Assembly: GCA_951406725.2 (NCBI GenBank)
Contig: OX597822.1
Location: forward strand, 105,462,001-105,526,000
Reading direction: 5' to 3'
Source of the DNA: Octopus vulgaris
Lineage: Eukaryota
DNA length: 64,000 nucleotides
The translations under genes and the position numbers were made by a program. Below the pieces are notes generated by a model, which was not told the DNA's origin, did no database searches, and saw only the letters and a program-made list of their open reading frames with translations. Within the stretch, counting starts at the first letter, position 1. Every line of letters begins with the position of its first letter. Shown here in pieces: positions 1-12,381 of the stretch.

Positions 1-532
1 GGAGACTGAGAGAAGCCCTTCATATATATGTGCGTGCGTGTATGTGTGGCTGTGTGTGCGTGCGTGCCTGCGTAGGTGTGTGAGTGTGTGTGCGTCTGTG
101 CTTATGTATGCATGTGTGTGCGTGTGTGTATGTGTTTGAGGGTCTTTGTCTCTGTGATGGGCGCTTGGCCGCTAGGAATGTTATACATATGTTGGGGTGG
201 GGGAATAGGCCTCCCCGTACATGTGTTCTTAAATTTTTTATGTATTAACTGATGAGTTTCTTTTTTCCTTATAAATACGTGTTTTATATATGAGCGCACG
301 TATAACCGTTCGCCACCGCAGCTATGTAGCTTTTGTAGTATGCCATATTCTCAGGATTGAGATTAAAGAGCACAGGATTTAGTTGATTGAGGTGTCATAT
401 TACATGAAAGAAATAGAAAAGAGCTTGAAAGGAATGCAAAATAATGTTTAGATCTTCAAAAGAATGCTGCAGCAAAAACTAAACTTGTTTTGTCTTCCAG
501 TGAATGGCCTTCGTGGAAAAAATAGCGCATTT

Positions 533-605
<73 letters not shown>

Positions 606-2646
606 TATACATATATATACACATATATATATATATAATATCAAAAATACGTATAATATCAAAGGAGTATCGCTTTAATACCTTCAGATTATAAGGTCAA
701 CTAGCAAAGTCACTAGAGCATCGGGTATAGTACGTTGGAGTATTTGACCCGGATCTCTACACTCTGAGTTCAAACTCGGTATGGCCATCTTTTCCCTTTC
801 AATCTTTCCGAGTCAATAAATCAACTAAAAGTCACATACTGGGTTCAATAATTCTCATCTCTCCATTCTCCCCCTTTCCATTTCGTTGGCTCTCCCCCTT
901 CCTACCCTATCTCTCTATCTGTTTATTTATCTATCTATCTATCTATTTGTCTTCCCTTCTTCCTCTGTTACAAAATACGCCATTTTGTGAATTTACTATG
1001 AGAAAACTTTATCACATCCTCGTTCAACACATCCCCAGCCCTGGGGGAATAACTCTACGAGAAAGGTGTTGTGGTGGTTTGTGGTGGGTTACACATAGAT
1101 TCTTTTTTTTCCAGAGATGATAAAGTGTTGAGAATGGGCTAACAAATTTATCTCGCAGAAAAATAATATGCTACTGGAATCGTCCAACGATAGACCATTT
1201 TGTAAAGTGAAAAAAAAAGGAACAGAGCAAGAATATGATTAAATGGATCGATCCCATTCCTCGGCTGTTATTCCATTTTATAGTACGTTAAAAACCGCTT
1301 AAATACTTAATGTTTAAAGGGACGGTTTGAAGAATCACTTTGCGTGATTTGGGATCGACATTAGATTCTGGTGCTTTAAATATAGAAAAATTTATGGATT
1401 TGCTTATACATTAATGTAAGTGGCTCCTTAAAGTTCCCACGTGACGTAGAGCAGAAAATATCGTCACTATTGTCACACAACATATTATATAATTTCTCAC
1501 AGAATGAAAGAAAGTATTCTCGTGTTGTTGTTTTAAAATATCCGCCATTACTCTACTATCTATCCGTGACTGGGAATTTGATAAATACAGCTTCTCGTGC
1601 GTAACGAAGGAAAAAGTTCAGATTTTATTATTTCATCCGTTTTCAGTTATTTTCAGTTAGTTTCAAGATCGCTTTTTTTTTTCCATATGAATATTAAATT
1701 AGACACACTCTAGCTTCTATTTTACCATATTTTCTTACAATTTGCTGTTATGCATGGGAAATTTGCTTCTCTTTTGTGCGTTGAATGATAATATTGTTGC
1801 TTTCCTCTGTGATGATCGTCTCCTTGCAATTATTCTTTTTTGTTCAGATCATATTTACCCGCCATTCAATATACATTTCTACATAAAAATCATTTTTTAC
1901 TACAAGGTTAAAGGATTTTTTTTTATTGGACTTGCGTTATTTGAAGTTTGACTTCATCGGTCTTCTTTTCAACCTCTTTGGAAGTTTTTATTTATAAGAA
2001 ATTATTTGTAATTTCCGTTCATAATAGCAGTATAAAGGAATAATAAAAGAAAAAGAACGCAACTGAGCCAGCACAACAAAATTATTAACTCGACTATAAA
2101 CCATATATGATAAAATAAGTATAAGATGAAAAAGACTCTTTTTTTAATGTTTACGTGTATTCATCCCCCATAATAAAACTTTGCTAGAATACTAAGCGAT
2201 AAATTACAATTATATCTTCGAAGACAAATTTTAGACATTCGAAAAACTAAAAACAATATTGTTACTTTTTCATTTATTTATTAATACATTTGTTTACTAC
2301 GAAGTGTAAAACGTTTCATCGCAACACGGTGACTTGATCACTGACCTCTACCGTCTCTCTATTATCGTAGTCAATGAACTGTATCATGGTTATATTCTAT
2401 GAGATTATTAAATATTTTTTTCATTGCGGTAACGCATAACTTATATCTTGGACCATCTAAATTTCATATCGCAATTATTAATATATCAATTATATTTGAA
2501 GATATATCAATGTAAATCTATTCGTATCAATAATACAAGTTGTATCGTATGCCAGATGATTGATTTTTCAATTTCTTTATCTCTTTGCAATTCGTTCCGA
2601 TTAAAACTGCGTTCCTGAATCTCAACGACTACAAAATTGAAATTAT

Positions 2647-3064
2647 TACTCTTTTACTCTTTTATTCTTATACTTGTTTCAGTAATTTGACTGTGACCAT
2701 GCTGGAGCACCGCCTTGAGTCGAGCAAATTGACCCCATGACTTATTCTTTGTAAGCCTAGTACTTATTCTATCGGTCTATTTTGCCGAATCGCTATGTTA
2801 CAGGGACGTAAACACACCAGCATCGGTTGTCAAGCGATGTTGGGGGACAAACACAGACACACAAACATACAGACACACACACATATATTTAAATACATAT
2901 ATACGACGGGCTTCTTTCAATTTCTGTCTACCAAATCCACTCACAAGAGTTTGGTCGGCCCGAGGCTATAGTAGAAGAAACTTACCCAAGGTGCCACGCA
3001 GTGGGACTGAACCCGGAACCATGTTGCTGGTAAGCAAGCTACTTACCACACCACCACTCCTACG
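2647..3064 (-). mobile_element. tRNA-derived SINE, family A (full length)
   Basis: Minus strand has a tRNA-like head (TGGTGTGGTAAG ... GGTTCAGTCCC), a CORE-like CCTTGGGTAAG segment, an internal (CA)/(TA) tract and a 3' tail ending GAAACAAGTA...(AAAAGAGT)n. Near-identical copies at 18960, 22240, 32916 and 46231. Confidence 0.9.
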
Positions 3065-3119
3065 TCAATGATTCGTAAATCACTCAGTATATCTCATCTA
3101 TTATAAACTCCAGCATGTG

Positions 3120-3221
3120 GTACTAGCTACGGCTGTACATATTCTAAAATTGGGACGATACAGACAAGGTTAGCATGACCCCTGCGCAAGAATGATACGC
3201 AAATTCGCGAAGCGTTTCATA

Positions 3222-3222
<1 letters not shown>
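3120..3222 (+). pseudogene. U6: U6 snRNA copy, diverged (probable pseudogene)
   Basis: GTACTAGCTACGGCTGTACATATTCTAAAATTGGGACGATACAGACAAGGTTAGCATGACCCCTGCGCAAGAATGATACGCAAATTCGCGAAGCGTTTCATAT aligns end to end with canonical U6. The ACAGAGA box reads ACAGACA and the oligo-T terminator is replaced by (AT)n. Confidence 0.92.
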
Positions 3223-3265
<43 letters not shown>

Positions 3266-3429
3266 ATATATAGAATATATATAGAATACCTACGCAAATC
3301 TTATAAACAAAACATTCATAAGAAATATTTTCATGAATTGAACAGCGATTGCTACCATCCACTGTGGGTAATTTTCTGGGCAGCAGCGCAGCTGACCATT
3401 CAACATACTACTGTCATGGCACTCCCACA

Positions 3430-3501
3430 TTCTTCTTCTTCTTCTTCTTCTTCTTCTTCTTCTTCTTCTTCTTCTTCTTCTTCTTCTTCTTCTTCTTCTT
3501 C
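3430..3501. repeat. (TTC)n microsatellite
   Basis: Pure TTC run. Confidence 0.95.
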
Positions 3502-3660
3502 TCTACAAAGAATTCACAACGACCTCGAACCAACAAGAGTAAACAAGAAAGACAGAGACAGGCAGGTACAAGGAAAATGTCCCTTGTATTTGAACACTAT
3601 GCAAATATTCTTTAAAAAAAACTTCTTTTAATTTTTCTAAATTTAATTATTTAATTGTTA

Positions 3661-3696
3661 CAGTTGAAAAAGTCTCAATGACTGAAACCGGTACTG
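3661..3696 (+). ncRNA. Minimal type I hammerhead ribozyme, U3-A8 core variant, in a PLE pLTR-like end
   Basis: cag-TTGAAAA-agtc(tcaat)gact-GAAA-c-cg-GTA-ctg: stem I cag/ctg, stem II agtc/gact, palindromic ACCGGT stem III, GUA cleavage triplet. A T-rich tail follows, running into (TA)n at about 3750. Confidence 0.65.
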
Positions 3697-3746
3697 AAAT
3701 GTTTTTTATAAAATTATTTTATTATTTTCTATCTTGACTTTTCTTC

Positions 3747-3800
<54 letters not shown>

Positions 3801-3804
<4 letters not shown>

Positions 3805-3895
3805 GGTGGTTATTAGCTCATTTACAAAAATGAAACAGTGAATGAAACAGTGAATGGGAAGCCAATCGTAGGAGATTTATATATAAATATATATA

Positions 3896-3966
<71 letters not shown>

Positions 3967-3968
3967 AT

Positions 3969-4019
<51 letters not shown>

Positions 4020-4084
4020 AATCTCCTACGATTGGCTTCCCATTCACTGTTTCATTTTTGTAAATGAGCTAATAACCACCATTA
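3801..4084. repeat. Inverted repeat (about 70-bp arms) enclosing a (TA)/(TATG) microsatellite
   Basis: TAATGGTGGTTATTAGCTC...CGTAGGAGATTTATATA (3801-3883) is the reverse complement of 4014-4084, apart from a 12-bp internal duplication in the left arm. Confidence 0.9.
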
Positions 4085-4218
4085 ATCCTATTTAACGTTA
4101 ATTAAGCGATAAAACCTTGAAATCTTTTGTAAATCCAACATGATTTCAATTGATTCTCTGTGTGTATGTGTGTGTGTACGTGCGTGTGTGTATTTGTGTG
4201 TGTACCTGCGTGTATGTA

Positions 4219-4257
<39 letters not shown>

Positions 4258-4425
4258 GTATTTGAATGCATGTGTGTGAGAATAAGTATGCAGTGCACAT
4301 GGCCTTGTGTAAATTTGAACATAAGCTTGCACGAAACTGATAGTAACGACAGAAGATCGTTACCATATATTTATATACACAGACCCATCACTATTGAGTG
4401 CAACACATAGCTTTAAGTTTGTTGC

Positions 4426-4463
<38 letters not shown>

Positions 4464-4529
4464 ATATATATACATGTAGAGGTAGGTACGTACATATATG
4501 TATATATATATGCATATGTTTTATTTATT

Positions 4530-4574
<45 letters not shown>

Positions 4575-4594
4575 GTGTGTGTGTGTGTGTGTGT

Positions 4595-4788
4595 GTGGAG
4601 GCACATGGACTAGTGATTAGAGCAGCGGACTCGTGGGTTCGAATCTCAGATCGGACGATGTGTGTGTTTATGAGCGAAACACCTAAGCTCCACACGCGTC
4701 TCCGGCAAAAGGTAATGGCGAACTTATACGCCAAGGAAACAGGAAAACCGGCCCTTACGAGCCAGTTGTGCCTCGAGAAGGAACAAAC

Positions 4789-4792
<4 letters not shown>
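4595..4792 (+). mobile_element. tRNA-derived SINE related to family C (shorter, different tail)
   Basis: Head GTGGAGGCACATGGACTAGTGATTAGAGCAGCGGACTCG...GGTTCGAATCTC and body TGAGCGAAACACCTAAGCTCCAC match the reverse complement of 10850-10970. Confidence 0.7.
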
Positions 4793-4861
<69 letters not shown>

Positions 4862-4866
<5 letters not shown>

Positions 4867-4998
4867 ATCCAGACATGAAACAGAAAGAGAAAGCACAACA
4901 ACACGAGGACGTGGAACAAGTATAGTGTTATTGGACGCTCAGGAAGGAAAGAAAGAAGGAGGATTTAACGTTTCGGGCGGAGCTCTTCGTCAGAAATA
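4862..4998 (-). mobile_element. Solo Penelope-like pLTR 3' end with hammerhead ribozyme (4963-4997)
   Basis: Minus strand: attt-CTGACGA-a-gagc(tcc)gccc-GAAA-CGTT-aaat. Homologous to 17559-17690. Ends GGATTAACT fused to (TA)n. Confidence 0.8.
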
Positions 4999-6492
4999 TA
5001 TATGAACTCAGATATGTATATACGTTTGTCTTTGTATGTGCGTGTGTGTTCTTCGATATTAAGTCTGAAAAAGGCAAACAGTCCTGTGTTTTCATATTAC
5101 AGAGCTCTGAAAGGACACATTGATGTTGTGGAGTATTTTAGCTAAAATGTATAGAATCCATCATCACTATGTACAGCAGCATATTTTATCAGAGTTTAGA
5201 TTTTTTCCACCACCCCGCCTTATTTGTCTTTTCCTTTATATTTCAATTTACGTGATGCTTGATTTACTGGTCGGATAACTTAATTATAATGACGATGCAA
5301 ATCATTAGAGCTAATTATAATTAATAATTATTTCCCATCACATATCTATTTTGGTTAATAACTTAACAGCCTCTCTCTCCCTCTCGCTCTTCTCCTCTAA
5401 CTCTCTCTCTCTGCTTCTCCCATCTTTCTTTCTCTCTCCATCTCGCTCTCCACCTCTTTCTCTCACTCTTTCTCCCATTCTCTCCCTCTCTCTTTCTGTC
5501 TCGTTCTTTGCTTCTTATTTTCTCTCTCCATTTTCTCTTCTGTCGCTTTTCAATCAAATGCTTAAATTAGAAAACCAATTCTCACGACAGATCAGCGATG
5601 CGTTTTTCTTTACTTAGATTAACCTCGATCAACACAACTTAATGGCCATGTTGAACGTAACTCAAACCGTCATGCCACAGAACCGTAATCTAGCTTCAAA
5701 CTGGTCCTTTACACTGACATTAACACTCCACTCACACATTGCAAGAGAAAGAGGAATGTAATTTAACCTGCTATACAAGCAATATTGTTGAAAAGATAGC
5801 ATCTGCATGCGTTTATGAACGGTTAAAGCTACTGCCGTTTAAAATAATCATTAAATTCATCAAGTTAATCCGACATTTTCATAAGCTCTTTTTCTACTAA
5901 AACCTCTTTTGAAATAGTAAATCTTTAATTTTGCCTTGTGTGCATGTTTAAATATTTTAATTTAAAACATTTTTAGCTTTCTTAACATTTTTCCATTTTA
6001 TATAATAAATTTGTATTGCTTTTCGAAACGAGTATTTTTAACTATATTTATTTATATTGCTCTATTTTACTTGTGCTTTAAGTGTAAGAGTTTCTGAATC
6101 ATTTTTTTAAAAGAAGAATCCTTAGATATGAATAATGCATTTATAAGCAGACAAAGAATTGTCATTAGGTCTATTTAGACTATAATTACAGCGGTATTTT
6201 CTTTTGAGAATAATTTGAAATACTTATTTTTCTTTTTTCAAATTGTATACCTGATCTTCTCTTATTTCCCTCAATTAAGTAACATTATTAACATTATCAG
6301 ACATGTAGGTAGCTGTTTCATCGTTAGAGCTTTACTGAACAATTTATATCACGGTAGGAGGTGATTTGACATATTTAAACGAAAAGAATTTTCCAGTGCA
6401 TTTATCGAACTATTAAAGATATCGTTTACATTTCAATGGACACGATATTATCCAATCATCTAAGGCAACATACATGCATGTATATATTTTTG

Positions 6493-6557
<65 letters not shown>

Positions 6558-6568
6558 ATTTATGTATG

Positions 6569-6613
<45 letters not shown>

Positions 6614-6762
6614 GTGGGAGTGTGTACGTATTTTTTACATATATAAATATATATATCTATATACACTCATATACGCATATACAAATATATACACGCACAC
6701 AGCAACGCACACACATACATAAATAATTATGTATATTTATAGTATGCTTGTATAACCATTTA

Positions 6763-6796
<34 letters not shown>

Positions 6797-7166
6797 CTGT
6801 GCGTGCTTCTTTCGATTACAATTTAACACTTCTATCCATTCTTTTCTGATCCCGTAGAAGTGATAACTATGGTTAGGTTCCTATCAGCAACTGCGTTCAC
6901 ATTAAACCCAACGTTTGTCATAAAAAAAAAATAAAGTATGGAACGTAATGACGTGAGAGGTTTACTGCTACATACATACATGCATACATACATACATACA
7001 AACATACATACATACATACAAACATACATACATACATACAAACATACATACATACATACATACATACAAACATATATATATATATATATATACATTCATA
7101 TATATACACAGTATGATATATATATGATGTATAATATATATATTACATACATACATACATATATGC

Positions 7167-7199
<33 letters not shown>

Positions 7200-7292
7200 T
7201 ATACATCATATATATATCATACTGTGTATATGTATGATATATATATAAATATATACATATGTATATATATGTATGTATGTATCATAGATCAT

Positions 7293-7332
<40 letters not shown>

Positions 7333-9135
7333 GATGATCTCTGTTAATTTATTCTCACTAGTGAAGACTACAGAAGCAAGTGATCTATATTTATGTACCA
7401 CATAACTTTTGCCGCTCTTTGATCGTTTTCCCTAGCTGCAAACGTTCTAATATTTGAGGATGTATGCAGTATTATTTGTTATATGATATTTGATATTCCA
7501 ACAGATTCGCGTATTTTGTACATATACGAAATACAAACATTTCATAGTGCTCAGCAATGTTTGTATTTTTTTTTTCTTTTTTCTTTTCTCATTTTTCGGA
7601 CATAAACCTATGGGAAAGTAATTAAGAGGAAAAAATCAAAAGAAAAATCACCATTAAATTAAGAGTGATGTTGTCAGAGTTCCGACATTTTCCATTTAGC
7701 ATGCAGTGGAGATAAAACGCACGGGAGAAGAAACACCTTAGTATCAAAGCTTCCTCCTGTTATGAGGATTTGGGAAAGGGGCACTATCTAATTGCTTGCA
7801 TAGCAGAAAGAAAAACAAAAAATACAAAGTGGTGCACATAACATAGAGAATGATCCAACGTGGGATAGGAAACATTTTTTTTTTCTTTAGAAAGTAGAGA
7901 TAAAGGAATGAGTGAACTAACTTGGTTGCTAACGAGGCTAAAATATTCAGTTCAGAGCAGGGATGGAGCTCCAATGTATATAAAAGCAGAAAGCCTTAGA
8001 AGTATAAAGGTATGTTGATAAGAGCGGAGAAAGTAAATTTGTACGTTCCTGCTGCGTAAGCCTAAAGGGATGGACCTTGATCCTGATATCACATATGCAA
8101 ACAGAAGAGGTTAAAATGCTGTCATGGAAACATATATACAAATGGCTACAAAAGTAAATACGTATGTGAATATTAATTAAAGCACGGTGATTAGATTGCA
8201 GATTAAAAGTTACTGTAAACAAAAATAGATGTCGGTAATAATGTATTTAAACAAAAGGTCGAAGCACTCGAGAAATTTCTATTTTTGTCGGAAAAGTAAC
8301 CTTCAGACTGACTATTGAAATGGATGCTATTTTGACAGATATATGGAATTTAAGCATAAAATGTTGACACTTTGCTAAAATCATATATCTGTGCATGCGC
8401 CTTGGGAAATTTTATATGTCGACTGACAAATAAGTGTATGACAGATATATTAAAAAAATATATAACTTGATTTAGTGGCTTCCTCTTTGATCACTGAGAT
8501 TTATACTATATCTGCTGTTGCCAGTAAATTGATGCCGCTGATGTTATTACGTATGACCAGAAGGAGTATCAATTTAATAAAAGCCGCGAATAGATACTTC
8601 GGATCTGTAATTGTTAAGCGGTTTATATATAACAGGTGTAGATTTTATTACCAGAATTTCATTATGGTAATATTCGGCGTACAAGAAACCGGAAAAGTGA
8701 GTCTCTATGTTCAACCACCTGTTAAATATGAACGAATGCAGGTATTGGCTTAAAATGAAAAATAATCAGCTCTATCATCCGATTTTGACTGTTTCTCTGA
8801 AGAAATACAAACCAAATTATTTATTTCTATGAATATGTAAATTATGAAACCGACTAACAATACTAAACATCATGGCATAGAAATCCAAATGGCGGGGAAT
8901 AAATGGCTTCTAAATCTAGCTGGGTGTAAAAGAGAAATACATCGGATATTTATATATGTATCTCTCTTTCTCTATCTCTTTCCCACTCTACCTATATATA
9001 TATATATATATATACAGAGAGAGAGAGAGAAAGAAAGAGAAAAAGAGGGGGAAAGACAAAACGATAGATAGATTGATCGATAGACATATATTATTATCGT
9101 GTGTGCACGCGTCTCTGTGTGTGCGCGCGTGTTTG

Positions 9136-9171
<36 letters not shown>

Positions 9172-9174
<3 letters not shown>

Positions 9175-9362
9175 CAAATTTGCAGAAAACAAAAGACGAG
9201 GACAGGTGTATAAACACCAAGCAGGTGTATTAGTTTGGCGTTGGGGAAGGTGAGAAAATCTTTTACGTTTCGAACTTACGCTCTTCAACAGAAAGGAGCA
9301 CGAGAAATAAACAGAGAGAGAATAAAAAAAAACTTTAGGAGTTAGCGATTAATCACAGCGAA
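9172..9362 (-). mobile_element. Solo Penelope-like pLTR end with hammerhead (A6U core variant, about 9260-9295)
   Basis: Minus strand: cttt-CTGTTGA-a-gagc(gtaa)gttc-GAAA-CGTA-aaag. Flanked by (TA)n and similar to 35815-36030. Confidence 0.75.
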
Positions 9363-9399
9363 TATATATTATAGATATATATATATATATATATACTTG

Positions 9400-9665
9400 C
9401 GCGACCGTCTGTATGAGCGCATACAGACGCTGAACAAGACAACTAAGATTTCTCAGTTGTTGGACGCGTTCTATCGACGTTACCCACGTGATGCAGAGGA
9501 CGCCGGGAGTAAGAAAAGTTTTGAGAGGAAGACCAAGGAAGACGTGGAACAGTAGGTTCTAGGACTATAAGATAGCGATGAGAATTGACACGGGTAGAAC
9601 CAGAAGAAAGCCGAGCAATAGGGATGTCTAGAGAAGGCCTTTTGCTCATTGTACTGACAGCAGCA
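9400..9665 (+). mobile_element. Degenerate RTE-like LINE 3' fragment
   Basis: Translates in part to RKVLRGRPRKTW, the GRPxxxW motif of the RTE ORF C-terminus; contains stops. Confidence 0.5.
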
Positions 9666-9693
9666 AAGAATGTAAGAGCTAAAAGCTAATATA

Positions 9694-9719
<26 letters not shown>

Positions 9720-9724
<5 letters not shown>

Positions 9725-9990
9725 TGTTGTATTTAGGAATGGTCATTTTGCCAATTTAGACAATAAAAACACACGCACTATATATTTGGTGTTACTTTGC
9801 TTCAGCCTTATTTATTTTTTACATTAATCTTAATTTTATTCCGGCCAGAGTTCTTTCCTGTGACCTCGTCAGCGGTCCTTTGCTTTCTTCTTTCTTATTT
9901 ATTGGCTAAACTGGCAAAATGATTATTCCTAAATACAACAATATATGTTTCAACACACGATTTCACATCAAAAATCTTGCAAAACAAATA
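9720..9990. mobile_element. Inverted pLTR-pair mini-element with degenerate hammerhead
   Basis: 9721-9767 is an imperfect reverse complement of 9898-9944. The minus strand has CTGACGA-ggtca...tggcc at about 9842-9872. The tail is homologous to 28265-28340, and both ends lie in (TA)n. Confidence 0.6.
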
Positions 9991-10048
9991 TATATATATA
10001 TGAACACTTGGTGAAATTGATTAATTAATTAATTTTACCCTCAATTGT

Positions 10049-10127
<79 letters not shown>

Positions 10128-10584
10128 TAGATTGACTGATTGATTTAGCAGGGTCTTTGAGTATCTCGGTGTGTATTGTGTGTTTGTGTGTGCGTGCGCG
10201 CACGCGCAATCCAAAATGTTCGACAGATGAAGCAGCCACCCGGGTATATTCGAGGAAACTCTAGGTTTGTGCTAGTTGGCTTCAGTTAACCAGATTAAAT
10301 GTATCATTCTGGACACCCCGATTTGACTGATTTCCTTCAGTTCTTCATTACTAACAGACATTTTGTGTGGCCTTAATATCCAAACAGTCCAAATTCTAAA
10401 TCGCTGGAGATATGAGATTATGATTTCAACACGCAATATAAAAGATTTATGATTATTTCATCGTCTATATTTCTAGAGCTAGAGAGCTAAATGCTGCTCG
10501 TTTATTGGTAGCCTATGATATGAAATTATTTATATACACGATTACACTAACAATGATGTCTATCATAAATAATACACAATTTAG

Positions 10585-10970
10585 AAGCACTCCGTCGGTT
10601 ACGACGATGAGGGTTCCGGTTGATCCGAATCAACGGAACAGCCGACTGCTCGTGAAATTAACGTGTAAGTGGCTGAGCACCCCACAGACACGTGCACCCT
10701 TAACGTAGTTCTCGGGGATATTCAGCGTGACACAGAGAGTGACAAGGCCGGCCCCTTGAAATACAAGTACAACAGAAGCAGGAAGTAAGAATGAGAGAAA
10801 GTTGTGGTGAAAGAGTACAGCAGGGATCACCACCATCCCCTGCCGGAGCCTCGTGGAGCTTTTAGGTGTTTTCGCTCAATAAACACTCACAACGCCCGGT
10901 CTGGGAATCGAAACCGCGATCCTATGACCGCGAGTCCGCTGCCCTAACCACTGGGCCATTGCGCCTCCAC
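10585..10970 (-). mobile_element. tRNA-derived SINE, family C (full length)
   Basis: Minus-strand head GTGGAGGCGCAATGGCCCAGTGGTTAGGGCAGCGGACTCGCG...GGTTTCGATTCCC with A/B boxes. Flanked by the direct repeat AATACACA (candidate TSD). Confidence 0.85.
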
Positions 10971-11325
10971 AATACACATTTTACATACGTGGTGAATACA
11001 CCGTGATGGGAATCAACCACAATGTGCATCTTGCCTTTGTTTTACAAAGCGCGGGATAAAGAATAAGGGAAGACAAATTAGTTGAGAATCGAAGGAACAA
11101 CTAAATGCAGAAAAAGAATTTGCTTTGCTGATGTTGTTATTATTACTTTTTATTCAAGGCACTGCTTAGAATTGAACTCGGAATCTTGGGGTTAGTAGCC
11201 CGCGATCTTAACCATTACGTTGTATTCCTGTGGGCTTAACGTTTCGGCTGATTTACTCTCAGGTGTCCTGGTAGAATTTTGAACCCAACACTGGGTTCTC
11301 ATTCCTAACGTATCTTTTTTGGTGC

Positions 11326-11388
<63 letters not shown>

Positions 11389-11443
11389 GTATTCAACATG
11401 ACAGGTACTACTACTTCTACAATTACTACTACTACTACTACTC

Positions 11444-11475
<32 letters not shown>

Positions 11476-11476
<1 letters not shown>

Positions 11477-11918
11477 CAGATAGAGAAATTAAGGCCAACA
11501 GACCAGATATAGTTGTCAGAGTTCATGAAGAAAAAAATGCTTTCTAATTGATGTATCAATACCGGCAGATGACAACGCGTCTCTAAAAGAAATGGAGAAA
11601 CTTTCAAAATACAAAGACCTGGAAATAGAGGTAACCAGAATGTGGAATCTAAAAACTGAAACAATTCCTATCATAGTAGGTGCATTAGGCATGATAAAAA
11701 AATATTCAGACAAATACATAACAAAAGCACCAGGACTTACAAACAGATATGACATACAGAAAATTGCACTACTAGGCACTGCACACATCCTACGCAGAAC
11801 ACTTTCCATACAATAACCATCAGAGCATCACAACAAATCACAGCACATACCCAAGGCAAACAGAGCTGCGCTCGGTAGTGAAGTGAAAGCACGCTATAAA
11901 AAAATAAAACTACTGAAT
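11476..11918 (+). mobile_element. R4/Dong-like non-LTR retrotransposon 3' fragment (restriction-like endonuclease), copy 1
   Basis: Reads TDREIKANRPDIVV...CFLIDVSIP...EKLSKYKDL...IPIIVGALG (PD..D endonuclease signature), stop at 11816, then a short 3' UTR. Both ends are in (TAA)n. Confidence 0.88.
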
Positions 11919-11919
11919 G

Positions 11920-11976
<57 letters not shown>

Positions 11977-11977
11977 T

Positions 11978-12350
11978 AATTGATGTATCAATACCGGCAG
12001 ATGACAACGTGTCTCTAAAATAAATGGAGAAACTCTCAAAATACAAAGACCTGGAAATAGAGGTAACTAGAATGTGGAATCTGAAAACAGAAACAATTCC
12101 TATCATAGTAGGTGCATTAGGCATGATAAAAAAATATTCAGACAAATACATAGCAAAAACACCAGGACTTACAAACACATATAACATACAGAAAATTGCA
12201 CTACTAGGCACTGCACACATCCTACGCAGAGCACTTTCCATACAATAACCATCAGAGCATCACAACAAATCACAGCACATACCCAAGGCACACAGAGCTG
12301 CGCTCGGTAGTGAAGTGAAAGCACGCTATAAAAAAATAAAACTACTGAAT
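11978..12350 (+). mobile_element. R4/Dong-like 3' fragment, copy 2
   Basis: Near-identical to 11546-11918, more 5'-truncated, flanked by (TAA)n. Confidence 0.88.

Positions 12351-12380
<30 letters not shown>

Positions 12381-12381
<1 letters not shown>

Noticed and set aside
2300-2350. Possible decayed hammerhead (GAAACGTT with an upstream hairpin, minus strand); similar remnant at about 11235-11265
   Set aside because: The CUGANGA box is not intact and stem I is unsupported.
7620-8440. Possible decayed transposase
   Set aside because: No identifiable motif or terminal repeats by eye.
10880-10970. tRNA gene
   Set aside because: A/B boxes are present but continue into a SINE body with a candidate TSD; it is a SINE head. 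The same applies to the family A and B heads.
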